From Escherichia coli (GTDB taxonomy: Bacteria > Pseudomonadota > Gammaproteobacteria > Enterobacterales > Enterobacteriaceae): a stretch of DNA of 64,000 bases. Below are positions 13,208-25,062 of this stretch, one piece after another. The position numbers were made by a program, and so were the translations under genes. Each line of letters begins with the position of its first letter. Position 1 is the stretch's first letter. The notes under the pieces were generated by a model. That model had not been told where the DNA came from and searched no databases. It worked only from the letters and a program-made list of their open reading frames with translations. The stretch lies in NCBI RefSeq assembly GCF_044324875.1, contig NZ_CP172185.1; one strand, given 5' to 3'.

Positions 13208-16200
13208 ATGTTAAGGGTCTACCATTCCAATCGTCTGGACGTGCTGGAAGCGTTGATGGAGTTTATTGTCGAACGCGAACGGCTGGACGATCCTTTCGAA
13301 CCAGAGATGATTCTGGTGCAAAGTACCGGTATGGCGCAGTGGCTGCAAATGACCCTGTCGCAAAAGTTTGGTATTGCGGCAAACATTGATTTTCCGCTGC
13401 CTGCGAGCTTTATCTGGGATATGTTCGTCCGGGTGTTACCGGAAATCCCCAAAGAGAGCGCCTTTAACAAACAGAGCATGAGCTGGAAACTGATGACTCT
13501 GTTGCCGCAATTGCTGGATCGCGAAGACTTTACCCTGTTGCGGCATTATCTGACTGACGATAGCGACAAGCGAAAACTGTTCCAGCTTTCCTCAAAAGCG
13601 GCGGACCTGTTTGACCAGTATCTGGTCTATCGCCCGGACTGGCTGGCACAGTGGGAAGCCGGGAATCTGGTAGAAGGACTTGGAGAGGCGCAGGCCTGGC
13701 AAGCGCCGTTGTGGAAGGCGTTGGTGGAATATACCGACGAACTCGGGCAACCGCGCTGGCACCGCGCCAATCTTTATCAGCGCTTTATCGAAACGCTGGA
13801 GTCCGCGACGACCTGCCCGCCGGGGTTACCTTCGCGCGTCTTTATATGCGGTATTTCCGCGTTACCGCCTGTTTATCTCCAGGCGCTACAGGCGCTGGGT
13901 AAACATATTGAAATCCATCTCCTGTTTACCAACCCCTGCCGTTATTACTGGGGCGACATTAAAGATCCTGCTTATCTGGCGAAACTGCTGACTCGCCAGC
14001 GCCGACACAGTTTTGAAGATCGCGAATTACCGCTATTTCGCGACAGCGAAAATGCCGGACAGCTCTTTAACAGCGATGGTGAACAGGATGTCGGCAACCC
14101 GCTGCTGGCCTCATGGGGCAAGCTTGGGCGCGACTACATTTATCTCCTTTCTGATCTGGAGGGCAGCCAGGAGCTGGACGCCTTTGTCGATGTCACGCCA
14201 GATAACCTGCTGCATAACATTCAGTCTGACATTCTGGAACTTGAAAACTGCGCTGTTGCGGGTGTGAATATCGAAGAGTTTTCCCGTAGCGATAACAAAC
14301 GCCTGCTTGATCCACTGGATAACAGTATCACCTTCCACGTTTGCCATAGCCCGCAGCGCGAAGTTGAAGTTTTACACGATCGCCTGCTGGCGATGCTGGA
14401 GGAAGACCCGACACTCACTCCGCGCGACATCATCGTGATGGTGGCCGACATCGACAGCTACAGTCCGTTTATTCAGGCTGTGTTTGGTAGCGCACCTGCG
14501 GATCGTTACCTACCTTACGCCATTTCCGACCGTCGGGCGCGGCAGTCGCATCCTGTACTTGAAGCGTTTATCAGCCTGTTATCACTGCCTGACAGTCGCT
14601 TTGTGTCGGAGGACGTTCTGGCATTACTGGATGTGCCGGTGCTGGCGGCGCGGTTTGACATCACCGAAGAAGGGCTGCGTTATTTACGCCAGTGGGTCAA
14701 CGAGTCTGGCATTCGTTGGGGGATAGATGACGACAACGTTCGCGAGCTGGAACTCCCCGCCACCGGACAACACACCTGGCGATTTGGCCTGACGCGTATG
14801 TTGCTGGGCTACGCGATGGAGAGCGCGCAGGGCGAGTGGCAATCGGTTCTACCTTATGATGAATCGAGCGGCTTAATTGCAGAACTAGTGGGGCATCTGG
14901 CTTCACTGCTAATGCAGCTAAACATCTGGCGTCGCGGGCTGGCGCAGGAGCGTCCGCTGGAAGAGTGGTTGCCGGTTTGTCGCGATATGCTCAACGCCTT
15001 CTTCCTGCCGGATGCGGAAACCGAAGCGGCGATGACGCTGATCGAACAACAATGGCAGGCGATTATCGCCGAAGGTTTAGGTGCGCAGTATGGCGACGCG
15101 GTGCCGCTGTCACTATTGCGTGATGAACTGGCACAGCGCCTGGATCAGGAACGTATCAGCCAGCGTTTTCTCGCCGGACCGGTTAACATTTGTACTCTGA
15201 TGCCAATGCGTTCCATCCCATTCAAAGTGGTTTGCCTGCTGGGAATGAACGACGGCGTTTATCCACGCCAGCTTGCGCCATTGGGCTTTGACCTGATGAG
15301 CCAGAAACCGAAGCGTGGCGACCGTAGTCGTCGCGATGACGACCGCTATCTGTTCCTGGAAGCGTTAATTTCCGCGCAGCAAAAACTCTATATCAGCTAT
15401 ATCGGGCGTTCTATTCAGGATAACAGTGAACGTTTCCCGTCGGTACTGGTGCAGGAACTGATCGACTACATCGGGCAAAGCCATTATCTACCGGGCGATG
15501 AAGCGCTCAACTGTGATGAAAGCGAGGCAAGGGTAAAAGCGCATCTTACTTACCTCCATACCCGGATGCCGTTTGATCCGCAAAACTACCAGCCAGGCGA
15601 ACGACAAAGCTATGCTCGTGAATGGCTACCTGCGGCCAGCCAGGCTGGTAAAGCACATTCTGAATTTGTTCAGCCGCTGCCGTTTACCTTACCGGAAACC
15701 GTGCCGCTGGAAACGCTACAACGATTCTGGGCACATCCGGTACGGGCGTTCTTCCAGATGCGTTTGCAGGTGAACTTCCGTACTGAAGACAGCGAAATCC
15801 CCGACACCGAGCCATTTATTCTGGAAGGGCTTAGCCGTTATCAAATCAATCAGCAGTTATTGAATGCACTGGTTGAGCAGGATGATGCCGAACGCTTGTT
15901 CCGCCGCTTCCGGGCGGCAGGGGATTTACCGTATGGCGCTTTTGGTGAAATTTTCTGGGAAACACAGTGCCAGGAGATGCAGCAGCTTGCCGACAGAGTT
16001 ATTGCCTGTCGCCAGCCGGGGCAGAGTATGGAAATTGATCTCGCCTGCAACGGTGTGCAGATAACTGGCTGGTTGCCGCAGGTGCAGCCGGATGGCCTGT
16101 TGCGCTGGCGTCCCTCTTTATTAAGTGTGGCGCAGGGAATGCAACTTTGGCTGGAACACCTTGTCTACTGTGCCAGCGGTGGTAATGGTGAAAGTCGCCT

Positions 16201-16576
16201 TTTTCTACGCAAAGACGGCGAGTGGCGTTTTCCGCCGCTTGCAGCCGAACAGGCTTTGCATTACCTCTCACAACTGATTGAGGGGTATCGTGAAGGAATG
16301 TCCGCGCCATTGCTGGTGTTACCTGAAAGTGGCGGCGCGTGGCTAAAAACCTGTTATGACGCGCAAAACGATGCCATGCTGGATGACGATTCCACGTTAC
16401 AAAAAGCCCGTACGAAATTCCTTCAGGCTTACGAAGGCAACATGATGGTGCGTGGCGAAGGTGATGATATCTGGTATCAACGGCTCTGGCGGCAATTAAC
16501 ACCAGAGACAATGGAGGCCATCGTTGAACAGTCGCAACGTTTCCTGTTACCGCTGTTTCGCTTTAATCAGTCATGA
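13208..16576 (+). CDS. recC: exodeoxyribonuclease V gamma subunit
   Basis: 1122-aa ORF; RecC sequence; upstream of ptrA-recB-recD. Confidence 0.95.
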   Translation: MLRVYHSNRLDVLEALMEFIVERERLDDPFEPEMILVQSTGMAQWLQMTLSQKFGIAANIDFPLPASFIWDMFVRVLPEIPKESAFNKQSMSWKLMTLLPQLLDREDFTLLRHYLTDDSDKRKLFQLSSKAADLFDQYLVYRPDWLAQWEAGNLVEGLGEAQAWQAPLWKALVEYTDELGQPRWHRANLYQRFIETLESATTCPPGLPSRVFICGISALPPVYLQALQALGKHIEIHLLFTNPCRYYWGDIKDPAYLAKLLTRQRRHSFEDRELPLFRDSENAGQLFNSDGEQDVGNPLLASWGKLGRDYIYLLSDLEGSQELDAFVDVTPDNLLHNIQSDILELENCAVAGVNIEEFSRSDNKRLLDPLDNSITFHVCHSPQREVEVLHDRLLAMLEEDPTLTPRDIIVMVADIDSYSPFIQAVFGSAPADRYLPYAISDRRARQSHPVLEAFISLLSLPDSRFVSEDVLALLDVPVLAARFDITEEGLRYLRQWVNESGIRWGIDDDNVRELELPATGQHTWRFGLTRMLLGYAMESAQGEWQSVLPYDESSGLIAELVGHLASLLMQLNIWRRGLAQERPLEEWLPVCRDMLNAFFLPDAETEAAMTLIEQQWQAIIAEGLGAQYGDAVPLSLLRDELAQRLDQERISQRFLAGPVNICTLMPMRSIPFKVVCLLGMNDGVYPRQLAPLGFDLMSQKPKRGDRSRRDDDRYLFLEALISAQQKLYISYIGRSIQDNSERFPSVLVQELIDYIGQSHYLPGDEALNCDESEARVKAHLTYLHTRMPFDPQNYQPGERQSYAREWLPAASQAGKAHSEFVQPLPFTLPETVPLETLQRFWAHPVRAFFQMRLQVNFRTEDSEIPDTEPFILEGLSRYQINQQLLNALVEQDDAERLFRRFRAAGDLPYGAFGEIFWETQCQEMQQLADRVIACRQPGQSMEIDLACNGVQITGWLPQVQPDGLLRWRPSLLSVAQGMQLWLEHLVYCASGGNGESRLFLRKDGEWRFPPLAAEQALHYLSQLIEGYREGMSAPLLVLPESGGAWLKTCYDAQNDAMLDDDSTLQKARTKFLQAYEGNMMVRGEGDDIWYQRLWRQLTPETMEAIVEQSQRFLLPLFRFNQS

Positions 16577-16751
16577 GTGCTGTATAAAAATTGCGCAATA
16601 TATCTGCTTGCTTTATGATGCGCACCAGTCACGGACTGATGGATATATAGACATAGGCTGACTCGTGCAGCACAAGATTAAATTCTGGCAGATGATTTGC
16701 GTTAACCTGTTGAATCTGGCCAGAAAATAAAGTTGATTATGAGGTCCGTGA

Positions 16752-19640
16752 ATGCCCAGCAGCACCTGGTTCAAAGCATTATTGTTGTTTGTTGCCCTTT
16801 GGGCACCCTTAAGTCAGGCAGAAACGGGATGGCAGCCGATTCAGGAAACCATCCGTAAAAGTGATAAAGATAACCGCCAGTATCAGGCTATACGTCTGGA
16901 TAACGGTATGGTGGTCTTGCTGGTTTCTGATCCGCAGGCGGTTAAATCGCTCTCGGCGCTGGTAGTGCCCGTTGGGTCGCTGGAAGATCCCGAGGCGTAC
17001 CAGGGGCTGGCACATTACCTTGAACATATGAGTCTGATGGGGTCGAAAAAGTACCCGCAGGCTGACAGTCTGGCCGAATATCTCAAAATGCACGGCGGCA
17101 GTCACAATGCCAGCACGGCACCGTATCGCACGGCTTTCTATCTGGAAGTTGAGAACGACGCCTTGCCCGGTGCGGTAGACCGCCTGGCGGACGCTATTGC
17201 TGAACCCTTGCTCGACAAGAAATACGCCGAACGTGAACGTAATGCAGTGAATGCCGAATTAACCATGGCGCGTACGCGTGACGGGATGCGCATGGCACAG
17301 GTCAGCGCAGAAACCATTAACCCGGCACACCCCGGTTCAAAGTTTTCTGGTGGTAACCTCGAAACTTTAAGCGACAAACCCGGAAATCCGGTGCAGCAGG
17401 CGCTGAAAGATTTTCACGAGAAATATTACTCTGCCAATCTGATGAAGGCGGTTATTTACAGCAATAAACCGCTGCCGGAGTTGGCAAAAATGGCGGCGGA
17501 CACCTTTGGTCGCGTGCCGAACAAAGAGAGCAAAAAACCGGAAATCACCGTGCCGGTAGTCACCGACGCGCAAAAGGGCATTATCATTCATTACGTCCCG
17601 GCGCTGCCGCGTAAAGTTCTGCGCGTTGAGTTTCGCATCGATAACAATTCAGCGAAGTTCCGTAGTAAAACGGATGAATTGATTACCTATCTGATCGGTA
17701 ATCGCAGCCCAGGTACACTTTCTGACTGGCTGCAAAAGCAGGGATTAGTTGAGGGCATTAGCGCCAATTCCGATCCTATCGTCAACGGCAACAGCGGCGT
17801 ATTAGCGATCTCTGCGTCTTTAACCGATAAAGGTCTGGCGAATCGCGATCAGGTTGTGGCGGCCATTTTTAGCTACCTCAATCTGTTACGCGAAAAAGGG
17901 ATTGATAAACAATACTTCGATGAACTGGCGAATGTGCTGGATATCGACTTTCGTTATCCGTCAATCACCCGTGATATGGATTACGTCGAATGGCTGGCAG
18001 ATACCATGATTCGCGTTCCTGTTGAGCATACACTGGATGCAGTCAATATTGCCGATCGGTACGACGCTAAAGCAGTAAAAGAACGCCTGGCGATGATGAC
18101 GCCGCAGAATGCGCGTATCTGGTATATCAGCCCGAAAGAGCCGCACAACAAAACGGCTTACTTTGTCGATGCGCCGTATCAGGTAGATAAAATTAGCGCA
18201 CAAACTTTCGCTGACTGGCAGAAAAAAGCCGCCGACATTGCGCTCTCTTTGCCAGAGCTTAATCCTTATATTCCTGACGATTTCTCGCTGATTAAGTCAG
18301 AGAAGAAATATGACCACCCAGAGCTGATTGTTGATGAGTCGAATCTGCGCGTGGTGTATGCGCCAAGCCGTTATTTTTCCAGCGAACCCAAAGCTGATGT
18401 CAGCCTGATTTTGCGTAATCCGAAAGCCATGGACAGCGCCCGCAATCAGGTGATGTTTGCGCTCAATGATTATCTCGCAGGGCTGGCGCTTGATCAGTTA
18501 AGCAACCAGGCGTCGGTTGGTGGCATAAGTTTTTCCACCAATGCTAACAACGGCCTTATGGTTAATGCCAATGGTTACACCCAGCGCCTGCCGCAGCTGT
18601 TCCAGGCTCTGCTGGAGGGCTACTTTAGCTATACCGCTACGGAAGATCAGCTTGAGCAGGCGAAGTCCTGGTATAACCAGATGATGGATTCTGCAGAAAA
18701 GGGCAAAGCGTTCGAGCAGGCGATTATGCCCGCCCAGATGCTCTCGCAAGTGCCGTACTTCTCGCGAGATGAACGGCGCAAAATTTTGCCCTCCATTACT
18801 TTGAAAGAGGTGCTGGCCTATCGCGACGCCTTAAAATCAGGGGCTCGACCAGAGTTTATGGTTATTGGCAACATGACCGAAGCCCAGGCAACAACGCTGG
18901 CACGCGATGTGCAAAAACAGTTGGGCGCTGATGGTTCGGAGTGGTGTCGTAACAAAGATGTCGTGGTCGATAAAAAACAATCCGTCATCTTTGAAAAAGC
19001 CGGTAACAGCACCGACTCCGCACTGGCAGCGGTATTTGTACCGACTGGCTACGATGAATACACCAGCTCAGCCTATAGCTCTCTGTTGGGGCAGATCGTA
19101 CAGCCGTGGTTCTACAATCAGTTGCGTACCGAAGAACAGTTGGGCTATGCCGTGTTTGCGTTTCCAATGAGCGTGGGACGTCAGTGGGGCATGGGCTTCC
19201 TGTTGCAAAGCAATGATAAACAGCCTTCATTCTTGTGGGAGCGTTACAAGGCGTTTTTCCCAACCGCAGAGGCAAAATTGCGGACGATGAAGCCAGAAGA
19301 GTTTGCGCAAATCCAGCAGGCGGTAATAACCCAGATGCTGCAGGCACCGCAAACGCTCGGCGAAGAAGCATCGAAGTTAAGTAAAGATTTCGATCGCGGC
19401 AATATGCGCTTCGATTCGCGTGATAAAATCGTGGCCCAGATAAAACTGCTGACGCCGCAAAAACTTGCTGATTTCTTCCATCAGGCGGTGGTCGAGCCGC
19501 AAGGCATGGCTATTCTGTCGCAGATTTCCGGCAGCCAGAACGGGAAAGCCGAATATGTGCATCCTGAAGGCTGGAAAGTGTGGGAGAACGTCAGCGCGTT
19601 GCAGCAAACAATGCCCCTGATGAGTGAAAAGAATGAGTGA
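16752..19640 (+). CDS. ptrA: periplasmic protease III (pitrilysin), M16 family
   Basis: 962-aa ORF with signal peptide and inverzincin motif HYLEHM. Confidence 0.95.
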   Translation: MPSSTWFKALLLFVALWAPLSQAETGWQPIQETIRKSDKDNRQYQAIRLDNGMVVLLVSDPQAVKSLSALVVPVGSLEDPEAYQGLAHYLEHMSLMGSKKYPQADSLAEYLKMHGGSHNASTAPYRTAFYLEVENDALPGAVDRLADAIAEPLLDKKYAERERNAVNAELTMARTRDGMRMAQVSAETINPAHPGSKFSGGNLETLSDKPGNPVQQALKDFHEKYYSANLMKAVIYSNKPLPELAKMAADTFGRVPNKESKKPEITVPVVTDAQKGIIIHYVPALPRKVLRVEFRIDNNSAKFRSKTDELITYLIGNRSPGTLSDWLQKQGLVEGISANSDPIVNGNSGVLAISASLTDKGLANRDQVVAAIFSYLNLLREKGIDKQYFDELANVLDIDFRYPSITRDMDYVEWLADTMIRVPVEHTLDAVNIADRYDAKAVKERLAMMTPQNARIWYISPKEPHNKTAYFVDAPYQVDKISAQTFADWQKKAADIALSLPELNPYIPDDFSLIKSEKKYDHPELIVDESNLRVVYAPSRYFSSEPKADVSLILRNPKAMDSARNQVMFALNDYLAGLALDQLSNQASVGGISFSTNANNGLMVNANGYTQRLPQLFQALLEGYFSYTATEDQLEQAKSWYNQMMDSAEKGKAFEQAIMPAQMLSQVPYFSRDERRKILPSITLKEVLAYRDALKSGARPEFMVIGNMTEAQATTLARDVQKQLGADGSEWCRNKDVVVDKKQSVIFEKAGNSTDSALAAVFVPTGYDEYTSSAYSSLLGQIVQPWFYNQLRTEEQLGYAVFAFPMSVGRQWGMGFLLQSNDKQPSFLWERYKAFFPTAEAKLRTMKPEEFAQIQQAVITQMLQAPQTLGEEASKLSKDFDRGNMRFDSRDKIVAQIKLLTPQKLADFFHQAVVEPQGMAILSQISGSQNGKAEYVHPEGWKVWENVSALQQTMPLMSEKNE

Positions 19641-22600
19641 TGTCGCCGAGACACTAGATCCTTTGCGCTTGCCCTTACAGGGCGAGCGCCTGATTGAAGC
19701 CTCTGCCGGCACAGGCAAAACCTTTACGATTGCGGCGCTCTATTTGCGCCTGTTACTTGGACTAGGCGGTTCTGCCGCCTTTCCCCGCCCGCTGACCGTT
19801 GAAGAACTGCTGGTGGTCACCTTTACCGAGGCTGCCACGGCAGAATTGCGCGGTCGTATCCGTAGCAATATCCATGAGTTGCGCATCGCCTGTCTGCGTG
19901 AAACCACCGACAATCCACTGTACGAACGCCTGCTGGAAGAGATCGACGATAAAGCGCAAGCCGCGCAGTGGTTGTTGTTAGCCGAACGGCAGATGGATGA
20001 AGCGGCAGTCTTTACTATTCACGGTTTTTGCCAGCGCATGCTCAACCTGAATGCCTTTGAATCCGGCATGCTGTTTGAGCAGCAGCTGATTGAAGATGAG
20101 TCTCTGCTACGCTACCAGGCCTGCGCCGATTTCTGGCGTCGCCACTGCTACCCGCTGCCGCGTGAAATTGCCCAGGTGGTCTTTGAAACCTGGAAAGGGC
20201 CGCAGGCGTTGCTGCGCGATATTAATCGTTATCTGCAAGGCGAAGCACCGGTTATCAAAGCACCGCCGCCCGATGATGAAACGCTGGCTTCCCGCCACGC
20301 GCAAATTGTGGCGCGTATCGACGCCGTAAAACAGCAGTGGCGCGACGCAGTGGGTGAACTGGATGCGCTGATCGAATCTTCTGGTATTGATCGACGCAAG
20401 TTTAACCGTAGCAATCAGGCTAAATGGATCGAGAAGATCAGCGCCTGGGCAGAAGAAGAGACCAACAGTTATCAGTTGCCAGAGTCGCTGGAAAAATTCT
20501 CTCAGCGTTTCTTAGAAGATCGCACGAAAGCCGGGGGGGAAACCCCGCGACATCCACTGTTTGAGGCGATCGATCAACTGCTTGCAGAACCATTGTCGAT
20601 CCGCGATCTGGTGATCACCCGCGCATTGGCTGAGATCCGCGAAACAGTAGCGCGTGAAAAACGCCGCCGTGGCGAATTGGGTTTTGATGACATGTTAAGT
20701 CGGCTCGATTCCGCGCTGCGTAGCGAAAGCGGAGAGGTGTTGGCAGCGGCGATCCGTACGCGATTCCCGGTGGCAATGATCGATGAATTTCAGGATACCG
20801 ACCCCCAGCAGTACCGAATTTTTCGCCGTATCTGGCACCATCAGCCGGAAACCGCATTGTTGCTGATTGGCGACCCGAAACAGGCCATATATGCATTCCG
20901 GGGTGCGGATATCTTCACTTATATGAAGGCGCGTAGCGAAGTTCACGCCCACTACACTTTAGATACCAACTGGCGCTCCGCACCAGGAATGGTGAACAGT
21001 GTGAACAAGCTTTTCAGCCAGACTGATGACGCGTTCATGTTTCGCGAAATTCCTTTTATTCCAGTGAAATCAGCCGGGAAAAATCAGGCGTTACGTTTTG
21101 TGTTTAAAGGTGAAACGCAGCCTGCGATGAAAATGTGGCTGATGGAAGGCGAAAGCTGCGGCGTTGGCGACTATCAAAGTACCATGGCGCAGGTATGTGC
21201 TGCGCAAATCCGCGACTGGCTACAAGCCGGACAGCGGGGCGAAGCGTTGCTGATGAACGGCGACGACGCGCGTCCGGTGCGTGCTTCGGACATTAGTGTG
21301 CTGGTGCGCAGCCGCCAGGAGGCCGCCCAGGTGCGCGACGCCTTAACGTTGCTGGAAATCCCTTCCGTTTACCTTTCGAACCGCGACAGTGTTTTTGAAA
21401 CTCTGGAAGCGCAGGAAATGCTTTGGCTGTTGCAGGCGGTGATGACGCCCGAACGTGAGAACACCCTGCGTAGTGCGCTGGCAACGTCAATGATGGGGCT
21501 GAATGCGCTGGATATTGAAACGCTGAATAATGACGAACATGCGTGGGATGCGGTAGTCGAAGAGTTCGATGGTTATCGGCAAATCTGGCGCAAACGTGGC
21601 GTTATGCCGATGCTGCGGGCGCTGATGTCGGCGCGTAAGATTGCAGAAAACTTGCTGGCAACGGCAGGCGGTGAGCGGCGTCTTACCGATATCTTGCATA
21701 TCAGCGAACTGCTACAAGAAGCCGGAACGCAGCTGGAAAGTGAACATGCGCTGGTACGCTGGTTATCGCAACATATCCTCGAGCCAGACAGTAATGCCTC
21801 CAGCCAACAAATGCGCCTCGAAAGTGATAAACATCTGGTGCAGATTGTCACGATCCATAAATCAAAAGGGCTGGAATATCCGCTGGTTTGGTTGCCATTT
21901 ATTACCAATTTCCGCGTCCAGGATCAGGCGTTCTATCACGATCGCCACTCGTTTGAGGCTGTTCTGGATCTTAACGCTGCGCCAGAAAGTGTCGATCTCG
22001 CGGAGGCCGAACGTCTGGCGGAAGATCTGCGTTTGCTTTACGTGGCGCTGACGCGTTCGGTTTGGCATTGCAGTCTCGGCGTTGCACCGCTGGTGCGCCG
22101 TCGTGGCGATAAAAAAGGTGACACCGACGTCCACCAAAGTGCGCTCGGGCGTTTGCTGCAAAAAGGGGAACCGCAAGATGCGGCAGGGCTTCGCACCTGT
22201 ATTGAAGCGTTATGCGATGATGATATTGCCTGGCAAACGGCACAAACTGGTGATAACCAGCCCTGGCAGGTTAATGATGCTATAACTGCAGAACTGAATG
22301 CGAGGATACTACAACGATTGCCCGGCGATAACTGGCGTGTCACCAGCTACTCCGGTTTGCAGCAGCGTGGTCACGGTATCGCTCAGGATCTGATGCCACG
22401 GCTGGATGTTGATGCCGCAGGCGTGGTCAGCGTCGTTGAAGAACCGACGTTAACACCGCATCAGTTCCCGCGCGGTGCGTCACCGGGGACATTCTTGCAC
22501 AGTTTGTTTGAAGACCTCGATTTTACCCAGCCGGTTGACCCGAACTGGGTACAGGAAAAACTGGAACTCGGCGGCTTTGAATCGCAGTGGGAACCGGTGT

Positions 22601-23175
22601 TGACCGAGTGGATCACGGCTGTCCTCCAGGCACCTCTCAATGAAACGGGTGTTAGCCTGAGTCAGCTTTCCGACCGCGATAAACAGGTGGAGATGGAGTT
22701 TTACCTGCCGATTAGTGAACCGCTCATCGCCAGCCAGCTTGATGCACTAATTCGCCAGTTTGATCCGCTATCCGCTGGCTGCCCGCCGCTGGAGTTCATG
22801 CAGGTACGCGGCATGTTAAAAGGCTTTATCGACCTGGTATTCCGCCACGAAGGGCGTTATTACCTGCTCGACTATAAATCCAACTGGCTGGGTGAAGACA
22901 GTTCGGCTTACACCCAACAGGCTATGGCAGCGGCGATGCAGGCACACCGCTATGATCTGCAATATCAGCTTTATACCCTGGCGCTGCACCGTTATCTGCG
23001 CCATCGCATTGCTGATTACGACTATGATCGTCACTTTGGCGGCGTTATCTATCTGTTCCTGCGTGGCGTTGATAAAGAACATCCGCAACAAGGGATTTAC
23101 ACAACCCGACCCAACGCCGGGTTGATTGACCTGATGGATGAGATGTTTGCCGGTATGACCCTGGAGGAGGCGTAA
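19633..23175 (+). CDS. recB: exodeoxyribonuclease V beta subunit (helicase-nuclease)
   Basis: ORF 19624..23175; likely start at ATG 19633 ([10 protein letters not shown]..) overlapping ptrA end; Walker A GTGKT. Confidence 0.93.
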   Translation: MSDVAETLDPLRLPLQGERLIEASAGTGKTFTIAALYLRLLLGLGGSAAFPRPLTVEELLVVTFTEAATAELRGRIRSNIHELRIACLRETTDNPLYERLLEEIDDKAQAAQWLLLAERQMDEAAVFTIHGFCQRMLNLNAFESGMLFEQQLIEDESLLRYQACADFWRRHCYPLPREIAQVVFETWKGPQALLRDINRYLQGEAPVIKAPPPDDETLASRHAQIVARIDAVKQQWRDAVGELDALIESSGIDRRKFNRSNQAKWIEKISAWAEEETNSYQLPESLEKFSQRFLEDRTKAGGETPRHPLFEAIDQLLAEPLSIRDLVITRALAEIRETVAREKRRRGELGFDDMLSRLDSALRSESGEVLAAAIRTRFPVAMIDEFQDTDPQQYRIFRRIWHHQPETALLLIGDPKQAIYAFRGADIFTYMKARSEVHAHYTLDTNWRSAPGMVNSVNKLFSQTDDAFMFREIPFIPVKSAGKNQALRFVFKGETQPAMKMWLMEGESCGVGDYQSTMAQVCAAQIRDWLQAGQRGEALLMNGDDARPVRASDISVLVRSRQEAAQVRDALTLLEIPSVYLSNRDSVFETLEAQEMLWLLQAVMTPERENTLRSALATSMMGLNALDIETLNNDEHAWDAVVEEFDGYRQIWRKRGVMPMLRALMSARKIAENLLATAGGERRLTDILHISELLQEAGTQLESEHALVRWLSQHILEPDSNASSQQMRLESDKHLVQIVTIHKSKGLEYPLVWLPFITNFRVQDQAFYHDRHSFEAVLDLNAAPESVDLAEAERLAEDLRLLYVALTRSVWHCSLGVAPLVRRRGDKKGDTDVHQSALGRLLQKGEPQDAAGLRTCIEALCDDDIAWQTAQTGDNQPWQVNDAITAELNARILQRLPGDNWRVTSYSGLQQRGHGIAQDLMPRLDVDAAGVVSVVEEPTLTPHQFPRGASPGTFLHSLFEDLDFTQPVDPNWVQEKLELGGFESQWEPVLTEWITAVLQAPLNETGVSLSQLSDRDKQVEMEFYLPISEPLIASQLDALIRQFDPLSAGCPPLEFMQVRGMLKGFIDLVFRHEGRYYLLDYKSNWLGEDSSAYTQQAMAAAMQAHRYDLQYQLYTLALHRYLRHRIADYDYDRHFGGVIYLFLRGVDKEHPQQGIYTTRPNAGLIDLMDEMFAGMTLEEA

Positions 23176-25001
23176 TGAAATTGCAAAAGCAATTACTGGA
23201 AGCTGTGGAGCACAAACAGCTACGCCCGCTGGATGTGCAATTTGCCCTGACCGTGGCGGGAGATGAACATCCTGCCGTCACCCTCGCGGCAGCCCTGTTA
23301 AGCCACGACGCCGGGGAAGGGCATGTCTGTTTACCGCTCTCACGACTGGAAAATAACGAGGAGTCACATCCGCTGTTAGCAACCTGTGTCAGTGAAATCG
23401 GTGAGTTACAAAATTGGGAAGAATGCTTGCTGGCTTCACAAGCGGTCAGCCGGGGAGATGAACCAACGCCGATGATCCTCTGTGGTGATCGTCTTTATTT
23501 GAATCGCATGTGGTGTAACGAGCGCACAGTGGCACGCTTTTTCAACGAAGTGAATCATGCCATTGAGGTTGATGAAGCTCTACTGGCGCAAACCCTGGAC
23601 AAACTTTTTCCAGTAAGCGATGAAATTAACTGGCAAAAAGTTGCGGCGGCAGTGGCGCTGACGCGGCGGATCTCGGTGATTTCCGGCGGCCCTGGCACCG
23701 GTAAAACGACCACCGTAGCGAAGTTGCTGGCAGCGTTAATTCAAATGGCCGACGGCGAACGCTGCCGTATCCGTTTGGCTGCACCAACGGGTAAAGCTGC
23801 CGCGCGCTTAACCGAATCTCTCGGCAAGGCTTTGCGACAGTTACCGCTGACCGATGAACAAAAGGAACGCATTCCGGAAGATGCCAGTACTTTGCATCGA
23901 TTGCTGGGTGCACAGCCGGGTAGCCAGCGTTTACGTCATCATGCCGGTAACCCGCTGCATCTTGATGTGCTGGTGGTAGATGAAGCGTCAATGATCGATC
24001 TGCCTATGATGTCGAGACTGATCGACGCCTTGCCCGATCATGCGCGAGTGATCTTTCTCGGCGATCGTGATCAACTGGCCTCGGTTGAGGCTGGGGCTGT
24101 GCTGGGCGATATTTGTGCTTATGTCAATGCCGGCTTTACCGCCGAGCGTGCCGGGCAGCTAAGCCGCCTGACGGGAACTCACGTTCCGGCAGGAACTGGC
24201 ACAGAAGCGGCATCTTTGCGCGACAGTCTCTGCCTGCTGCAAAAAAGCTATCGTTTCGGCAGCGATTCTGGCATTGGTCAGTTAGCTGCGGCGATCAACC
24301 GTGGTGATAAAACGGCAGTGAAAACCGTTTTTCAGCAGGATTTTTCTGATATCGAAAAACGGCTTTTACAGAGCGGCGAAGATTATATTGCGATGCTTGA
24401 GGAAGCTCTTGCGGGTTATGGACGTTATCTGGATCTGCTGCAAGCGCGTGCCGAGCCGGATTTAATCATTCAGGCGTTCAATGAGTACCAACTTTTGTGC
24501 GCCCTGCGGGAAGGGCCGTTTGGCGTGGCTGGACTGAATGAGCGAATTGAGCAGTTTATGCAACAGAAGCGCAAAATTCATCGTAATCCGCACTCTCGTT
24601 GGTACGAAGGCCGACCGGTGATGATTGCCCGTAATGACAGCGCGCTTGGGTTGTTTAATGGCGATATCGGTATCGCTCTGGATCGTGGGCAGGGGACGCG
24701 CGTCTGGTTTGCGATGCCGGACGGCAATATTAAGTCTGTGCAACCGAGTCGCTTGCCAGAGCACGAAACTACGTGGGCGATGACGGTACATAAATCGCAG
24801 GGATCGGAGTTCGACCATGCGGCGTTGATTTTACCGAGCCAACGCACGCCGGTAGTAACACGAGAGCTGGTTTACACTGCGGTAACCCGCGCGCGTCGAC
24901 GTTTGTCGCTGTATGCCGATGAGCGTATTTTGAGTGCGGCAATCGCCACGCGCACTGAGCGGCGCAGTGGTCTGGCGGCATTGTTTAGTTCGCGGGAATA
25001 A
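23175..25001 (+). CDS. recD: exodeoxyribonuclease V alpha subunit
   Basis: 608-aa ORF; start overlaps recB stop (TAATG); Walker [10 protein letters not shown]. Confidence 0.95.
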   Translation: MKLQKQLLEAVEHKQLRPLDVQFALTVAGDEHPAVTLAAALLSHDAGEGHVCLPLSRLENNEESHPLLATCVSEIGELQNWEECLLASQAVSRGDEPTPMILCGDRLYLNRMWCNERTVARFFNEVNHAIEVDEALLAQTLDKLFPVSDEINWQKVAAAVALTRRISVISGGPGTGKTTTVAKLLAALIQMADGERCRIRLAAPTGKAAARLTESLGKALRQLPLTDEQKERIPEDASTLHRLLGAQPGSQRLRHHAGNPLHLDVLVVDEASMIDLPMMSRLIDALPDHARVIFLGDRDQLASVEAGAVLGDICAYVNAGFTAERAGQLSRLTGTHVPAGTGTEAASLRDSLCLLQKSYRFGSDSGIGQLAAAINRGDKTAVKTVFQQDFSDIEKRLLQSGEDYIAMLEEALAGYGRYLDLLQARAEPDLIIQAFNEYQLLCALREGPFGVAGLNERIEQFMQQKRKIHRNPHSRWYEGRPVMIARNDSALGLFNGDIGIALDRGQGTRVWFAMPDGNIKSVQPSRLPEHETTWAMTVHKSQGSEFDHAALILPSQRTPVVTRELVYTAVTRARRRLSLYADERILSAAIATRTERRSGLAALFSSRE

Positions 25002-25009
25002 ACGTAATT

Positions 25010-25050
25010 GCCGGATGCGACGCACGGGTGTTACGCATGTCGCATCCGGC
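25010..25050. repeat. REP-like palindrome between convergent recD and argA
   Basis: gccggatgcgacgc ... gtcgcatccggc inverted repeat read directly. Confidence 0.45.
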
Positions 25051-25062
25051 GATTTTCATCGC

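Noticed and set aside
15999-16511. 170-aa minus-strand ORF inside recC
   Set aside because: Antisense to a conserved essential-length CDS; Arg/His-rich junk translation.
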